In this document: piece by piece, positions 42,903 through 53,621 of the stretch
How positions within the stretch are numbered: the stretch's first letter is position 1
Layout of the letters: every line of letters starts with the position of its first letter
From: Candidatus Bathyarchaeota archaeon
Lineage (GTDB): Archaea > Thermoproteota > Bathyarchaeia > Bathyarchaeales > Bathycorpusculaceae
Length of the DNA stretch: 64,000 nucleotides
Direction of reading: 5' to 3'
NCBI GenBank assembly: GCA_963827165.1
Contig: CAWGZR010000005.1
Span: forward strand, 832,001-896,000
Notes under the pieces: model-generated
What the model was told of the DNA's origin: nothing
Database searches by the model: none
The model's input: only the letters and a program-made list of their open reading frames with translations
Position numbers and translations under genes: made by a program

Positions 42903-43946
42903 TTAGGACTCCGAGTTTTCATATAACATTCTGTCTGCTAATTTGTGTCTAATATCTAAGAGGTCTCTTAAAACTGCACTGGCAGTCTCTATCCCTCCCG
43001 CACCCTTTCCAATAATGGTTTCTTCACCCGCATATTCAGTGTAAAAAGTAACTGCGTTCAATACTCCGCTGACGCATAAGGGACTGTTTTTCGCAATTTC
43101 CATAGGTTTAACTCTGGCCCCTTCACCGTCGATTGACCCTATAAGCTTGATTGTATTTCCCCTCTTTGAAGCCTCATCAAGAGCCTCAAGCGAAACATCC
43201 CGAATTCCCGTAATATCCACGTTTTTCAGGGTTATTTTCTTGTTCAATATCCAATTTGCCAAAATGACCACTTTGCAGGCGGCGTCGAAACCGTCAACAT
43301 CCATTGACGGTTCCCGCTCGGCGTAACCTAGTTTCTGTGCGTTGGTCAGGGCTTCTTGGAAGGTTAAGCGATTTTGAGCCATTTCAGTTAGAATGTAGTT
43401 GGTTGTCCCGTTCAATATGCCCCTTATGGCAAGGATTTTGTCTCCTGCCAGACATCGTTTGGCAAATTCTAAGACGGGTGTTCCGCCGCCGACGGTTCCG
43501 CTGAATCTAAGATAAACATTATTGTATTCCGCTAGTTCCGTGAGGGCTGGCATTGCTAAGGCTAATGGGCCTTTGTTTGTGGTGACAACATGTTTTCCCG
43601 TTTTGAAGGCTTTGATAATGTGGGACAGAGCTGGTTCAGCGTTCTTTATGTTGACGGGAGTTACTTCAACAACAACTTCTGCTTCGACCGAGTCGATAAC
43701 ATCTAGAACCGGCATCCCGGGATGGCCATACTCGGGGTCTTTAGATATGGGAAACCCCATTTGTCTAATTTCACCCAGTTTTTCAGGGCTTAACCCCTTT
43801 GTGTTTATGACTGCACCGTCTATGTCAGCTATAGCGACGATTTTTGGGTTAAACCCATAATCCTTCGCGTTTTCTTCGTATCTTTTCGCAAGAATTGCCG
43901 TTACGCTTTTCCCAACGACACCGAAGCCAACTAAGATAATCCTCAT
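42903..43946 (-). CDS. hom: homoserine dehydrogenase
   Basis: GFGVVG, VVTTNKGP, TVGGGTP, GILNGTTNYIL, GAGGIETASAV. Confidence 0.96.
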   Translation of the reverse strand: MRIILVGFGVVGKSVTAILAKRYEENAKDYGFNPKIVAIADIDGAVINTKGLSPEKLGEIRQMGFPISKDPEYGHPGMPVLDVIDSVEAEVVVEVTPVNIKNAEPALSHIIKAFKTGKHVVTTNKGPLALAMPALTELAEYNNVYLRFSGTVGGGTPVLEFAKRCLAGDKILAIRGILNGTTNYILTEMAQNRLTFQEALTNAQKLGYAEREPSMDVDGFDAACKVVILANWILNKKITLKNVDITGIRDVSLEALDEASKRGNTIKLIGSIDGEGARVKPMEIAKNSPLCVSGVLNAVTFYTEYAGEETIIGKGAGGIETASAVLRDLLDIRHKLADRMLYENSES

Positions 43947-43950
43947 TTTT

Positions 43951-45198
43951 TCACCTTGTAAGAATGACTCTTTGTTTCAACCCCAATGCTCGTTCGATAG
44001 CCAACATGTCTGCATCGACCTCAACTGGTTTTTCACATTGCTTTATGGCGGTGTCTGGGTCTTTTAACCCGTGTCCCGTTGTTATGCAGACAACCCGCTC
44101 ATCTTTGCTTATGACGCCATTCTTAACCAGCTTCACCAATCCGGCGATTGAAGATGCGCTTGCAGGCTCCACGAAGATTCCCTCAATTCTCGCCAGCATT
44201 TTCTGGGCATCCAATATTTCGTCGTCGGTGACGGTTTCAGCTGTGCCATGGCTCTCTCGGATGGCGTTGACGGCTTTTTTCCAGCTTACTGGGGCACCAA
44301 TTCGGATAGCTGTGGCGACTGTTTCGGGATGCTCAACAGGGATGATTTTGTCGCTGTTGGTTTTGATTGCTTGTGCGATGGGTGCTGAGCCAGCTGCTTG
44401 TATTCCCGTCATTTTCGGCAGTTTCTTTATGAGTCCAAGTTCGTGGAATTCACTTAAGCCTTTCCAGACGGCGCTTATATTGCCAGCGTTGCCGATGGGT
44501 ATGATGATTCTATCTGGAACTTCATAATTTAGCTGCTCGCAGATTTCGTACCCTAACGATTTTTGTCCTTCAATTCGGAATGGGTTAATTGAGTTAAGCA
44601 GGTAAATGCTCTTGTGCTTCTCAGCCAACTTTAGAACAAATTCTAAGGATTGATCAAAGTTTCCGTGGACTTGCAAGACTTTGGCGCCGTGAATCATGGC
44701 TTGCGCCAATTTGCCATATGCAATCTTGCCTGAAGGAATCAAAACAGTGCATTTTATTCCTGCCCTTGCTGCGTATGCTGCTAAACTGGCGCTGGTATTT
44801 CCCGTTGAAGCGCAAATCACGTGTCTGGCTCCAAGCTCAACGGCTTTTGTAACGCCAACGGTCATGCCTCGATCTTTGAAGCTGCCCGTTGGGTTCTCGC
44901 CCTCGTTTTTAACGTAAACTTCCTTAAGTCCAGCTTCTTCTCCCAAATGTTGAGAACGATGCAAACCAGTACCTCCTTCGCCAAGAGTGACAATATGTGC
45001 GGTTTCATGTATGGGCATGAAGTCGCGGTACCGCCAAACGGACAGGGGCTTTGTTTTCCAGTCGCTGCTTTTGAGGGTTTGCGCTAACTCTTTAAGATCA
45101 AATTTTATCTCGAGTATATCTCCGCATTTCTTGCAGAAATATAAGATTTCGTCAATGTCGTATCTTGTTTTGCAATTAATACATTCTTGATGTACCAT
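43951..45198 (-). CDS. thrC: threonine synthase
   Basis: NPTGSFKDRG, ASTGNTSAS, GNAGN, TGHGLKDP; N-terminal Zn ribbon. Confidence 0.96.
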   Translation of the reverse strand: MVHQECINCKTRYDIDEILYFCKKCGDILEIKFDLKELAQTLKSSDWKTKPLSVWRYRDFMPIHETAHIVTLGEGGTGLHRSQHLGEEAGLKEVYVKNEGENPTGSFKDRGMTVGVTKAVELGARHVICASTGNTSASLAAYAARAGIKCTVLIPSGKIAYGKLAQAMIHGAKVLQVHGNFDQSLEFVLKLAEKHKSIYLLNSINPFRIEGQKSLGYEICEQLNYEVPDRIIIPIGNAGNISAVWKGLSEFHELGLIKKLPKMTGIQAAGSAPIAQAIKTNSDKIIPVEHPETVATAIRIGAPVSWKKAVNAIRESHGTAETVTDDEILDAQKMLARIEGIFVEPASASSIAGLVKLVKNGVISKDERVVCITTGHGLKDPDTAIKQCEKPVEVDADMLAIERALGLKQRVILTR

Positions 45199-45510
45199 TT
45201 TTCTAGCCCCTCAGCTAAACAAGCAACGAAGGCTGAGCTGAACTATCTGCTTAGACATTATTAATTTTGTTGCTTCCGCCTTCGTGTTATGTCTTTTTGA
45301 AGAACGCTAATTCCTAAGCAAGATTACCCTTATTCAAACCTATGACCTGAAAGCTTTAATTATAAACACTTTCCATTGTCCCATCAAAAGTTATTATCTT
45401 TTCGGTGATGCTTCTCAGTCCTATCGGGTATATCCTGGGAAAATATAGGCTGAAAGGCAGTTGAGCTTCTTCAGGCCCGGGTAAACCGACATGTCCCAGT
45501 TAATTGAGTC

Positions 45511-46089
45511 CTATCCCACAAGGTTAGATAAGGTTTCGTAGACTTTCAAGCTGTCTTTTTTCTCGATGACAATGATTGTTTCAGTCCAGCAGGAAATGAA
45601 CTCCACGATGTTAACGCTTTGCTCAGCCAAAAGTGTTGCGATGAAGGCAACAACTCCAGGAGTCGCCTCCAGTTCCTCTGGCGAGTGCACCACTATCATC
45701 GTGCAATTGTCATGTTTCATAAGGGCGTTTATGCGTTCAGGTAACTCGCTTCTATCGATCAGGTATACAAATTTATCCAACAAATCCACTTTCATACCCG
45801 TCTTGGAATTAAGCTCTTTGCTCGTTATCATGACGGATTTCCGGTCATAAACCGCTATGCTGCTCCGCTTAAGAAGGAGAATAACCTTTTCTTCTCTTTT
45901 TTGCTTGTGCCTTTGCAGTTCCTCGGAATAACGGCGCAGGGCGGCTTTTATCGCGCTTGAATCATTTGTTCCTAGCTCTTTCTGTATCAATCTTGCTAGC
46001 TCGCTGAGGTTCACGATGCCTTTTTCGAGTGCTTCCAGTAAGTATGGCTTATTTTTTAGGTAATTTCTGACTCTTTGAGCTACGCTCAT
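45511..46089 (-). CDS. HTH plus ACT-domain putative amino-acid-responsive regulator
   Basis: GIVNLSELARLI..AIKAALRRY; TPGVVAF..VNIVEFISCWTE. Confidence 0.8.
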   Translation of the reverse strand: MSVAQRVRNYLKNKPYLLEALEKGIVNLSELARLIQKELGTNDSSAIKAALRRYSEELQRHKQKREEKVILLLKRSSIAVYDRKSVMITSKELNSKTGMKVDLLDKFVYLIDRSELPERINALMKHDNCTMIVVHSPEELEATPGVVAFIATLLAEQSVNIVEFISCWTETIIVIEKKDSLKVYETLSNLVG

Positions 46090-46100
46090 GCTACCCCCAG

Positions 46101-46118
46101 ATGTATCAAATGGGACAT
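46101..46118. promoter_or_regulatory. imperfect 18-bp palindrome, candidate operator between the ACT regulator and argG
   Basis: ATGTATCAAATGGGACAT (ATGT..CA..TG..ACAT symmetry) in the divergent promoter. Confidence 0.3.
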
Positions 46119-46229
46119 TTAAGTTTTATTAAGTAACAAAAAAGTCACAAGGTTTAAGAAGACAGGGTTCGAGGTAAGGGAAACAGTTTAAGCCAAAAAA
46201 ATGGGGGAGCAAAAATAACCGAAAAAATA

Positions 46230-47444
46230 GTGTTAGCTTACTCAGGCGGATTAGACACATCTGTGCTCATCAAGTATCTCCAAGAAAAATATGATGCACA
46301 AGTTATAACGGTAACAGTTGATGTTGGCCAACAAGAAGATTTGAAAGCTGCTGAGGACAAAGCCAAGAAACTCGGGGTGTTGAAGCATTTTTCTATAGAT
46401 GCGAAAGATGAGTTCGCAAAAGACTACATTTTCCCTGCGATAAAAGCCAACGCTCTATATGAGGGAAAGTACCCGATAAGTACGAGCCTCTCGCGTCCCC
46501 TCATAGCGGTAAAGATGGTTGAAGTGGCTGAGAAAGAAGGTGCAACAGCTTTGGCTCATGGATGTACGGGAAGAGGGAACGATCAAGTGCGCTTCGACAT
46601 TACGCTTGGCTCCTTGGCGCCTGACAGAAAAATCATTGCTCCGGTTCGCGAATGGGGAATGACCCGCGAAGAAGAGATAGCTTACGCAAAAACAAGGGGC
46701 ATCCCAGTCTCCAACGCAGCGAAAAAATACAGCATAGACGCAAGCGTCTGGGGAAGAGCGATCGAATGCGGGTTGCTCGAAGACGCAAGTCAAGAACCCC
46801 CAGAAGATGCCTATGAATGGACGGTTTCTGCTGAAAAAGCTCCGAGTAAACCTGAGTTTGTCACTATAACATTTGAGACTGGTGTTCCTGTAGCGATCAA
46901 TGGGAACGCAATGTTGCCGTTGGAACTTGTAGAGGAAATGAACAGGATTGCAGGGAGAAATGGAGTTGGCCGAATAGACCACATTGAAGACCGCCTCGTC
47001 GGCATAAAATCAAGAGAAGTCTACGAATGTCCGGCGGCGACCGTGATTTTGGAGGCACACAAAGACCTTGAAAAAATGGTTATGACTCGTCACCAAGTTC
47101 TGTTTAAGCAACAAGTTGACGCAGAATGGGTTTTCTTAGCTTACGCTGGTTTATGGGTTGACCCATTAAAGGATGATTTGGACGCTTTCATAAATAAGTC
47201 TCAGGAAAACGTGACTGGAGAAGTCAGACTCAAACTGTATAAAGGCGGCATGCAAGTTGTGGGTCGCTCTTCGGCTATGTCGTTGTACGACAAAAACTTG
47301 GCTAACTACAACATAAAAACTTCGTTTAACCAGTCGTACTCCAAAGGCTTTATTGAACTGTGGGGGCTTCAAACAAGAATGTTCAATGCCCTCAAAAAAA
47401 CCACCAAAAAAGCAGTTGAGACGAAAGAGAAACCCGAACGCTAA
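46230..47444 (+). CDS. argG: argininosuccinate synthase; true start may be ~46201 with an indel
   Basis: LAYSGGLDTS, HGCTGRGNDQVRF, GIKSREVYE. Confidence 0.97.
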   Translation: MLAYSGGLDTSVLIKYLQEKYDAQVITVTVDVGQQEDLKAAEDKAKKLGVLKHFSIDAKDEFAKDYIFPAIKANALYEGKYPISTSLSRPLIAVKMVEVAEKEGATALAHGCTGRGNDQVRFDITLGSLAPDRKIIAPVREWGMTREEEIAYAKTRGIPVSNAAKKYSIDASVWGRAIECGLLEDASQEPPEDAYEWTVSAEKAPSKPEFVTITFETGVPVAINGNAMLPLELVEEMNRIAGRNGVGRIDHIEDRLVGIKSREVYECPAATVILEAHKDLEKMVMTRHQVLFKQQVDAEWVFLAYAGLWVDPLKDDLDAFINKSQENVTGEVRLKLYKGGMQVVGRSSAMSLYDKNLANYNIKTSFNQSYSKGFIELWGLQTRMFNALKKTTKKAVETKEKPER

Positions 47445-47453
47445 ACATCAAAA

Positions 47454-48986
47454 ATGGAGAACAAAGAAGTGTCGAAGATACTGCATGGTGGGCGACTGTC
47501 GTCTGTCCGTGAAGACGTAGCGAAATTTACTTCTTCCAGAAAAGACGACGAACGTTTGGCTACAGTTGTTGTCGACATCAACATAGCTCATGTTATAATG
47601 CTGATAGAGCAGAAAATAATTCAGCCACATGAGGGATCAAAAATCCTCAAAGCCCTCCTGAACCTCTCCACCATGTCGTTTGATCCGATGGCAGAGGATG
47701 TTCATATGGCGATTGAAGAAGCCGTTCTAAAAGAGACAGGACCCGAAGTCGGCGGAAACCTTCATATTGCGAAAAGCCGAAACGACCAAGTGACAACAGC
47801 CATTCGCATGCAGCTTCGAAACGAGCTTGTGGTGCTAATGCTTCAGGTGCTTCAGATGGAGGATAGCCTTCTGAAAACCGGAGATAAACATGTGAACACG
47901 GTTATTTTGGAGTACACTCACCTGCAGGCAGCGCAACCCGTCACCTTCGCCCACTACTTGCTATCATACGTTCAAGCTTTAGAACGCGATTTGAATCGTC
48001 TACGGCAAGTTTACGAACGGGTTAACCTGTGTCCTCTTGGGGCTGGAGCATTGGCGACAACAAGTTTTCCAATAAACCGTGAAAGGACGGCCGACCTCTT
48101 AGGCTTCAATTCAGTGCTGGAAAACTCGATTGATGCAGTAGGCAGCCGAGATTTCATTCTCGAAACCCAATCAGTTCTCACAATGTGCGCAGTAAACTTG
48201 AGCCGTCTCGCAGAGGATTTGATAGTTTGGAGTTCACAAGAATTCGGTACCGTTGAGTTGCCTGACGAATTCACGTCTACAAGCAGCATGATGCCGCAAA
48301 AGAAGAACCCCGAGGTGCTTGAAATAATCCGTGCACGAGCAAGCCATGCGATTGGCGATTTCGTAGCTTCAGCTTCAGCCCTCAAAAGCCTCCCGACGGT
48401 GTACAACCTTGATTTTCAAGAAGTAACACCAAAACTTTGGGCTTCGATAAACAACATCGATGCTTCACTCGCAGTATTCGCGCCACTCATTGAGAATTTG
48501 AAGGTGTCTTCAAACGTTGAAAACAAGGCAGCTTCGGGTTTCGTTGGTGCAACGGAACTAGCGAATATGCTTGTACAGAAGTATAATGTGGCGTTCCGTA
48601 CTTCGCACAAGATTGTGGGAGCTCTTGTCAAGTTGTTGGCTGATTCAAAGAAAACCCTGATGGATGCGACGCCGCAGATGCTTTCTGCGATAGCCAAGGA
48701 AGTCGGGGGTGTGAACTTATCAGTCAAAGTAGAAGACATGGCTGATTGTTCAAATCCGCATAAACTAGTCGAAACCTATAAAGTGCTTGGCGGACCTTCA
48801 GCCGTCGAGGTTCAAAGAGCCATAAAAAACCACAAGAAAAACATGGTAGATACCAAAAGCGACATAGTTAAACTTAAAAAGAACCTTGCAGATGCACAAA
48901 GAAACCTTAACAGTGTCGCTGAATCTTACGCTTCAAATGCTGAGCGAATAACTGAAAACGTAAGATTTAAAAATTCAAACTTATAG
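47454..48986 (+). CDS. argH: argininosuccinate lyase
   Basis: SRNDQV, YTHLQAAQP, SSMMPQKKNPE. Confidence 0.97.
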   Translation: MENKEVSKILHGGRLSSVREDVAKFTSSRKDDERLATVVVDINIAHVIMLIEQKIIQPHEGSKILKALLNLSTMSFDPMAEDVHMAIEEAVLKETGPEVGGNLHIAKSRNDQVTTAIRMQLRNELVVLMLQVLQMEDSLLKTGDKHVNTVILEYTHLQAAQPVTFAHYLLSYVQALERDLNRLRQVYERVNLCPLGAGALATTSFPINRERTADLLGFNSVLENSIDAVGSRDFILETQSVLTMCAVNLSRLAEDLIVWSSQEFGTVELPDEFTSTSSMMPQKKNPEVLEIIRARASHAIGDFVASASALKSLPTVYNLDFQEVTPKLWASINNIDASLAVFAPLIENLKVSSNVENKAASGFVGATELANMLVQKYNVAFRTSHKIVGALVKLLADSKKTLMDATPQMLSAIAKEVGGVNLSVKVEDMADCSNPHKLVETYKVLGGPSAVEVQRAIKNHKKNMVDTKSDIVKLKKNLADAQRNLNSVAESYASNAERITENVRFKNSNL

Positions 48987-48987
48987 G

Positions 48988-50146
48988 TTGAATAGGGCTT
49001 TGGTCCCACAACATAGCACGTTCGAAAAAAGTAAAAAAGCGATTCTGCTTCTCGAAGACGGAACGTCATTTGTCGGAAAAGGTTTTGGCGCAACTGGAAA
49101 AATCTCCGGTGAAGTAGTTTTCTCAACTCAGATGGTTGGTTATCCAGAGGCATTGACTGACCCCTCGTATAAAGGTCAAGTTTTAAACCTAACTTATCCA
49201 TTGATAGGCAACTATGGCGTGCCATCAAATGAGCTGAACCGTGGGCTGCCGCTTTACTTTGAATCAGACCATATTCAAGTTCAAGGATTAATTATCCACG
49301 AGTTGTGCCACAAACCTTTCCATTGGGCATCAACAAGAACTCTGGACACATGGTTGCTTGACGAGGGTGTTCCCGGAATCTACGGCGTAGACACTTAGAC
49401 GCCTAACAAAAAAGCTAAGAACACATGGAGTAATGCTCGGCGTTCTGCAGGTTTTCGAGGAGGGTCAAGAGATAGATTTTGATGCCGTGTTAAAGGATGG
49501 GAAAAATATTGCAGACCCTAACTTGGCCGACTTAGTTAAGGAAGTGTCTGTTAAGAAACCCGTCAAGTACGGCTCAGACGGCAAAAAAACAGTTGTTTTA
49601 ATTGACTGCGGAGTAAAAAACAGCATTATTCGCAACCTTCTTAAACGCAACATAAACGTGGTTCGAGTGCCTTATGACACTTCAGCCAGCGAAGTTTTAG
49701 CTTACAACCCTGACGGTGTCTTCCTCAGTAACGGGCCAGGTGACCCAAAGAAATGCGTAAAAACAATCGACTGCGTCCGAGAAGTTGTCGATAAAGTTCC
49801 TTTCATGGGCATCTGTCTTGGTGCGCAAATCCTCGCGTTGGCTCTGGGTGGAGATACATACAAGTTGAAGTTTGGTCACCGTGCTCAAAACCAACCTGCC
49901 CTCGATGTGAGCAGTCAACGGTGCTACATCACCACTCAAAACCACGGTTATGCGGTTGACATTGAATCCCTCAAAAAGACGCCGCTTGAAACTTGGTTCC
50001 TCAACGCCAACGACAAAACGACCGAAGGCGTCAAACATAGAAGTAAACCTGTCTTCGCGGTTCAGTGGCACCCTGAGGCTTCGCCGGGACCTTACGATAC
50101 CGAACTGCTGTTTGACAAGTTCGCAAAAACCCTGGAGGCTCCGTAG
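48988..50146 (+). CDS. carA: carbamoyl-phosphate synthase small subunit; 1-nt insertion near 49395
   Basis: GEVVFST, TDPSYKGQ, SNGPGDP, GICLG, QNHGY, QWHPEASPGP; removing one T restores GVDTRRLTKKLRTHGVMLG. Confidence 0.95.
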
Positions 50147-53100
50147 ATGCCAAAGTTTGACTGGATCAAGAAGGTTCTAGTTCTTGGAAGCGGCGCTATA
50201 AAAATCGGTGAAGCTGCCGAATTTGACTATTCGGGAAGCCAATGCCTCAAAGCCCTACGGGAAGAAGGCATCGAAACCGTATTGGTTAACCCTAACATAG
50301 CGACTATTCAAACTGATCCTAGGCTTTCAGGAAAAGTGTACCTTTTGCCGGTTACACCTGAATACGTTGAAAGAGTAATTGAGAAAGAACGGCCCGACGG
50401 CATCTTACTGGGTTTCGGAGGGCAAACCGCGCTTAACTGCGGGGTTGAACTTGATAAAAAAGGTATCCTGCAAAAATACAACGTCAAAGTCCTTGGCACA
50501 CCTATACACTCAATTGAAGACACGGGCGACCGTGAACGGTTCCGTCAGGCGATGCTTAAAGCAAATGTTCCGCCTCTTAACAGCAAGTCAGCTACAAGCG
50601 TTAAGCAAGCGTTGGAAGTGGCAGATGAAATCGGGTACCCAGTTATCGTCCGTGTAGCCTACACTTTAGGCGGCAAGGGCGCTGGTGTAGCCCGCAGCCC
50701 TGAGGAATTAAAGGAAACAGCCACCAGGGGTTTGGCTCAGAGTCGAATCTGCCAGATTCTTATTGAAGAGTACGTTGGGCACTGGAAGGAAGTCGAGTAC
50801 GAGGTTATGCGTGACTACGCAGATAACTGCTTAACCGTCTGCAACATGGAGAACTTTGATCCGATGGGCGTTCACACAGGCGACTCTATCGTTGTGGCGC
50901 CGTCGCAGACCATGAGCAACCGTGAATACCATCTTATCCGCTCGACCTCCATAAACGCTATACGCGCCTTGGGCATAGTGGGCGAATGCAACATACAATG
51001 GGCTCTGCATCCAAAATCTGAAGAGTATCGCGTAATCGAAGTCAACTCACGCATGTCTCGAAGCTCGGCGCTTGCTAGTAAAGTCACTGGTTACCCATTA
51101 GCCTACATAGCCACAAAACTAACGTTGGGTTACCTGCTTCCTGAACTAATAAACAAAGTAACTGAAGTCACAACAGCATGCTTTGAGCCCGCTTTGGATT
51201 ACATAACCGTGAAGATTCCGCGTTGGGACCTTCAGAAATTCAAGAACGCTGACCGTCACGTTGGTCCGCAGATGCGTTCCGTAGGCGAAGTGATGGCTAT
51301 TGGTCGCTGCTTTGAAGAGGCGTTGCAGAAAGCCGTTCGCATGCTCGACACGGGAAAAGTGGGCTTAGTGTGCAACCCTGAGGATTCGGAGCCTGAAAGC
51401 GAAGCGCGGATACGCGACGCTGTCGAGAACCCCACTGACGAAAGACTCTACAAACTTGTTAAAGCCTTGAAAATGGGGATTTCAATTGCCGAAATCTACC
51501 GTTTAAGCGGAGTAGATCCTTTCTTCCTCTACAAAATCCAAAACATTATCGATATGGAGACACATTTGAGGCAGCTGAATTTGGCCGAAGGTTATGCTCC
51601 TGAGGTGGTTCGTGAGGCTAAGCGGTTGGGCTTCTCTGACGAGCAGATAGCGCTGTGTCAGAAAACTGATGAATCAACAATTCGATCCTACAGGAAAAGC
51701 GCAAACATATTACCAGTTATTAAGCAGATCGACACGTTGGCGGCTGAGTGGCCGGCGAAGACAAATTACCTCTACCTAACTTACGGCGGAGACGAAGATG
51801 ACATAGAGCTGAAGAGCGGTGTTAGCAAAGTTATCGTGTTAGGCGCCGGTGTCTTCCGTATAGGTTCAAGCGTGGAGTTCGACTGGTGCGGAGTCAATAC
51901 AATTTGGGCTCTTAAGAAAAACGGTATCCAAGAAGCGATAATGGTTAATTACAATCCTGAAACTGTCTCCACAGACTACGACGTTTCCGACAAACTTTAC
52001 TTTGAAGAGCTTTCAACCGAACGCATATTGGATATTTACGAGAAAGAGAACCCAATGGGCGTCATTACAAGCGTCGGTGGACAGATCCCCAACAACTTGG
52101 CACTGGAGCTCTCGAAGAGAGGCGTCAAGCTCCTGGGCACTTCGGCTGAAAACGTCGATTTGGCCGAGGACCGCTCAAAATTCAGCGCGCTTCTTGACCA
52201 ACTTCAGATTTGCCAGCCTGGCTGGAGCAAACTTCTCTCGATTAGTGAGGCTAAGCGGTTTGCAGAAAAAATCGGTTACCCCGTTCTTGTGCGTCCGAGC
52301 TACGTGCTGTCTGGTTCCGCCATGCGCGTGGCTTACAACGAGACGGCGCTTGAGAACTTTCTCAAGTTGGCTGCGAAGGTTTCGCGTGACCACCCGGTTG
52401 TAATCAGCAAATTCATAGATCACGCTAAAGAAGTTGAAGTCGACGGGGTTTCAGACGGCGAAAACGTTCTAATCGGCGCTATCATGGAGCATGTGGAGTA
52501 CGCTGGCGTTCATAGCGGCGATGCCACCATGACTATACCGCCTCAAGCCTTGAAACTTGAGGTTCAGCAGAACATCGCCAACTGCACCGAGCGGATTGTG
52601 CGGGCGCTTAACATCCATGGACCCTACAATATCCAGTACCTTGTCAAAGACGACATCGTTAACGTTATCGAATGCAACTTACGTGCGTCACGGTCAATGC
52701 CGTTTGTCAGCAAAACCCGCGGTATAAACCTCATTGAAATCGCGACTTTGGCGATGCTGGGCAAAAAGATAGATTTCTTAAAGTTGTCCCCTATGACCGT
52801 CACTAAGCATGTGGGCGTGAAGGTTCCACAGTTCAGCTTTATGCGCCTGAGCGGCGCCGACCCCGTTTTAGGGGTGGAAATGCTCAGCACAGGTGAGGTG
52901 GCGTGTCTTGGCGAAAACTTCTCCGATGCCTTTTCGAAGGCTTTGCGGTCCGCGGAATTCAGCATTCCCGATAGGGACGGGGTCGTTTTCATAAGTGTGG
53001 GCGGTAGTATCGAACGTAAAAGGCGGGTCGTTCCGATTGCGCAAGCTTTCGTGGAGTTGGGCTTTAAGATTTACGCGACGGATCACACGGCTGACGTTCT

Positions 53101-53422
53101 TATCGAGTCAGGCGTCGCCGCAGCTAAGCTCTTCAAAGTAAAAGAGGCCGGTGCCACCCCAAACGTCATGGATTACTTGCAAGAACGTAAAATCGACTTG
53201 GTAATCAATGTGCCTATGGCTAATCGGCAGACCAGCATTAGCGACATCTTAACCGACGGATACATTATCCGTCGTCAAGCAGTTGAATTCAACGTTCCCG
53301 TTATCACCAACTTGCAACTCGCCGCCGCCCTCGTCGACGTGATGAAGCATAGAAACAAGAATGGCACCACCATCCGCAGCCTAAACGAGTACATGGATGA
53401 CTTGCCCTGGAAAATGTGGTAG
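50147..53422 (+). CDS. carB: carbamoyl-phosphate synthase large subunit
   Basis: GSGAIKIGEAAEFDYSG, duplicated ATP-grasp domains, MGS domain; 1091 aa. Confidence 0.98.
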   Translation: MPKFDWIKKVLVLGSGAIKIGEAAEFDYSGSQCLKALREEGIETVLVNPNIATIQTDPRLSGKVYLLPVTPEYVERVIEKERPDGILLGFGGQTALNCGVELDKKGILQKYNVKVLGTPIHSIEDTGDRERFRQAMLKANVPPLNSKSATSVKQALEVADEIGYPVIVRVAYTLGGKGAGVARSPEELKETATRGLAQSRICQILIEEYVGHWKEVEYEVMRDYADNCLTVCNMENFDPMGVHTGDSIVVAPSQTMSNREYHLIRSTSINAIRALGIVGECNIQWALHPKSEEYRVIEVNSRMSRSSALASKVTGYPLAYIATKLTLGYLLPELINKVTEVTTACFEPALDYITVKIPRWDLQKFKNADRHVGPQMRSVGEVMAIGRCFEEALQKAVRMLDTGKVGLVCNPEDSEPESEARIRDAVENPTDERLYKLVKALKMGISIAEIYRLSGVDPFFLYKIQNIIDMETHLRQLNLAEGYAPEVVREAKRLGFSDEQIALCQKTDESTIRSYRKSANILPVIKQIDTLAAEWPAKTNYLYLTYGGDEDDIELKSGVSKVIVLGAGVFRIGSSVEFDWCGVNTIWALKKNGIQEAIMVNYNPETVSTDYDVSDKLYFEELSTERILDIYEKENPMGVITSVGGQIPNNLALELSKRGVKLLGTSAENVDLAEDRSKFSALLDQLQICQPGWSKLLSISEAKRFAEKIGYPVLVRPSYVLSGSAMRVAYNETALENFLKLAAKVSRDHPVVISKFIDHAKEVEVDGVSDGENVLIGAIMEHVEYAGVHSGDATMTIPPQALKLEVQQNIANCTERIVRALNIHGPYNIQYLVKDDIVNVIECNLRASRSMPFVSKTRGINLIEIATLAMLGKKIDFLKLSPMTVTKHVGVKVPQFSFMRLSGADPVLGVEMLSTGEVACLGENFSDAFSKALRSAEFSIPDRDGVVFISVGGSIERKRRVVPIAQAFVELGFKIYATDHTADVLIESGVAAAKLFKVKEAGATPNVMDYLQERKIDLVINVPMANRQTSISDILTDGYIIRRQAVEFNVPVITNLQLAAALVDVMKHRNKNGTTIRSLNEYMDDLPWKMW

Positions 53423-53452
53423 TTTGAGTGCGTATTTTCTCAGGGTTTCTTC

Positions 53453-53584
53453 GAAATTTTTTTGTTTGTGTTTTGGTTTGCTTTTTTGGTTTGGGCCTTG
53501 GATCTGTTGCAGGTTGAGTCTGTAATAGTCAGAAATAGTCTTTAATAGTCAATAGTAGTCTAAAATAGTCAATAATAGTCAACA
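53453..53584 (+). repeat. copy 2 (inverted) of the ~131-bp element: T/G-rich tract plus seven (T)AGTC motifs at 10-bp period
   Basis: AGTC ends at 53520, 53530, 53540, 53550, 53560, 53570, 53580; ends 37 bp before ATG 53622. Confidence 0.95.
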
Positions 53585-53621
53585 AAAGCCAAAGAAAATA
53601 AACATTAAACGGAGACAAGCC

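Noticed and set aside
49390-49435. TAG inside carA as possible pyrrolysine or readthrough
   Set aside because: The downstream half is in a different frame; deleting one T restores the conserved GVDTRRLTKKLR, so this is an indel, not recoding
30705-53584. Inverted copies as terminal inverted repeats of a 23-kb transposon
   Set aside because: The interval holds housekeeping thr/arg/car genes, no transposase or integrase is present, and no target-site duplication is evident
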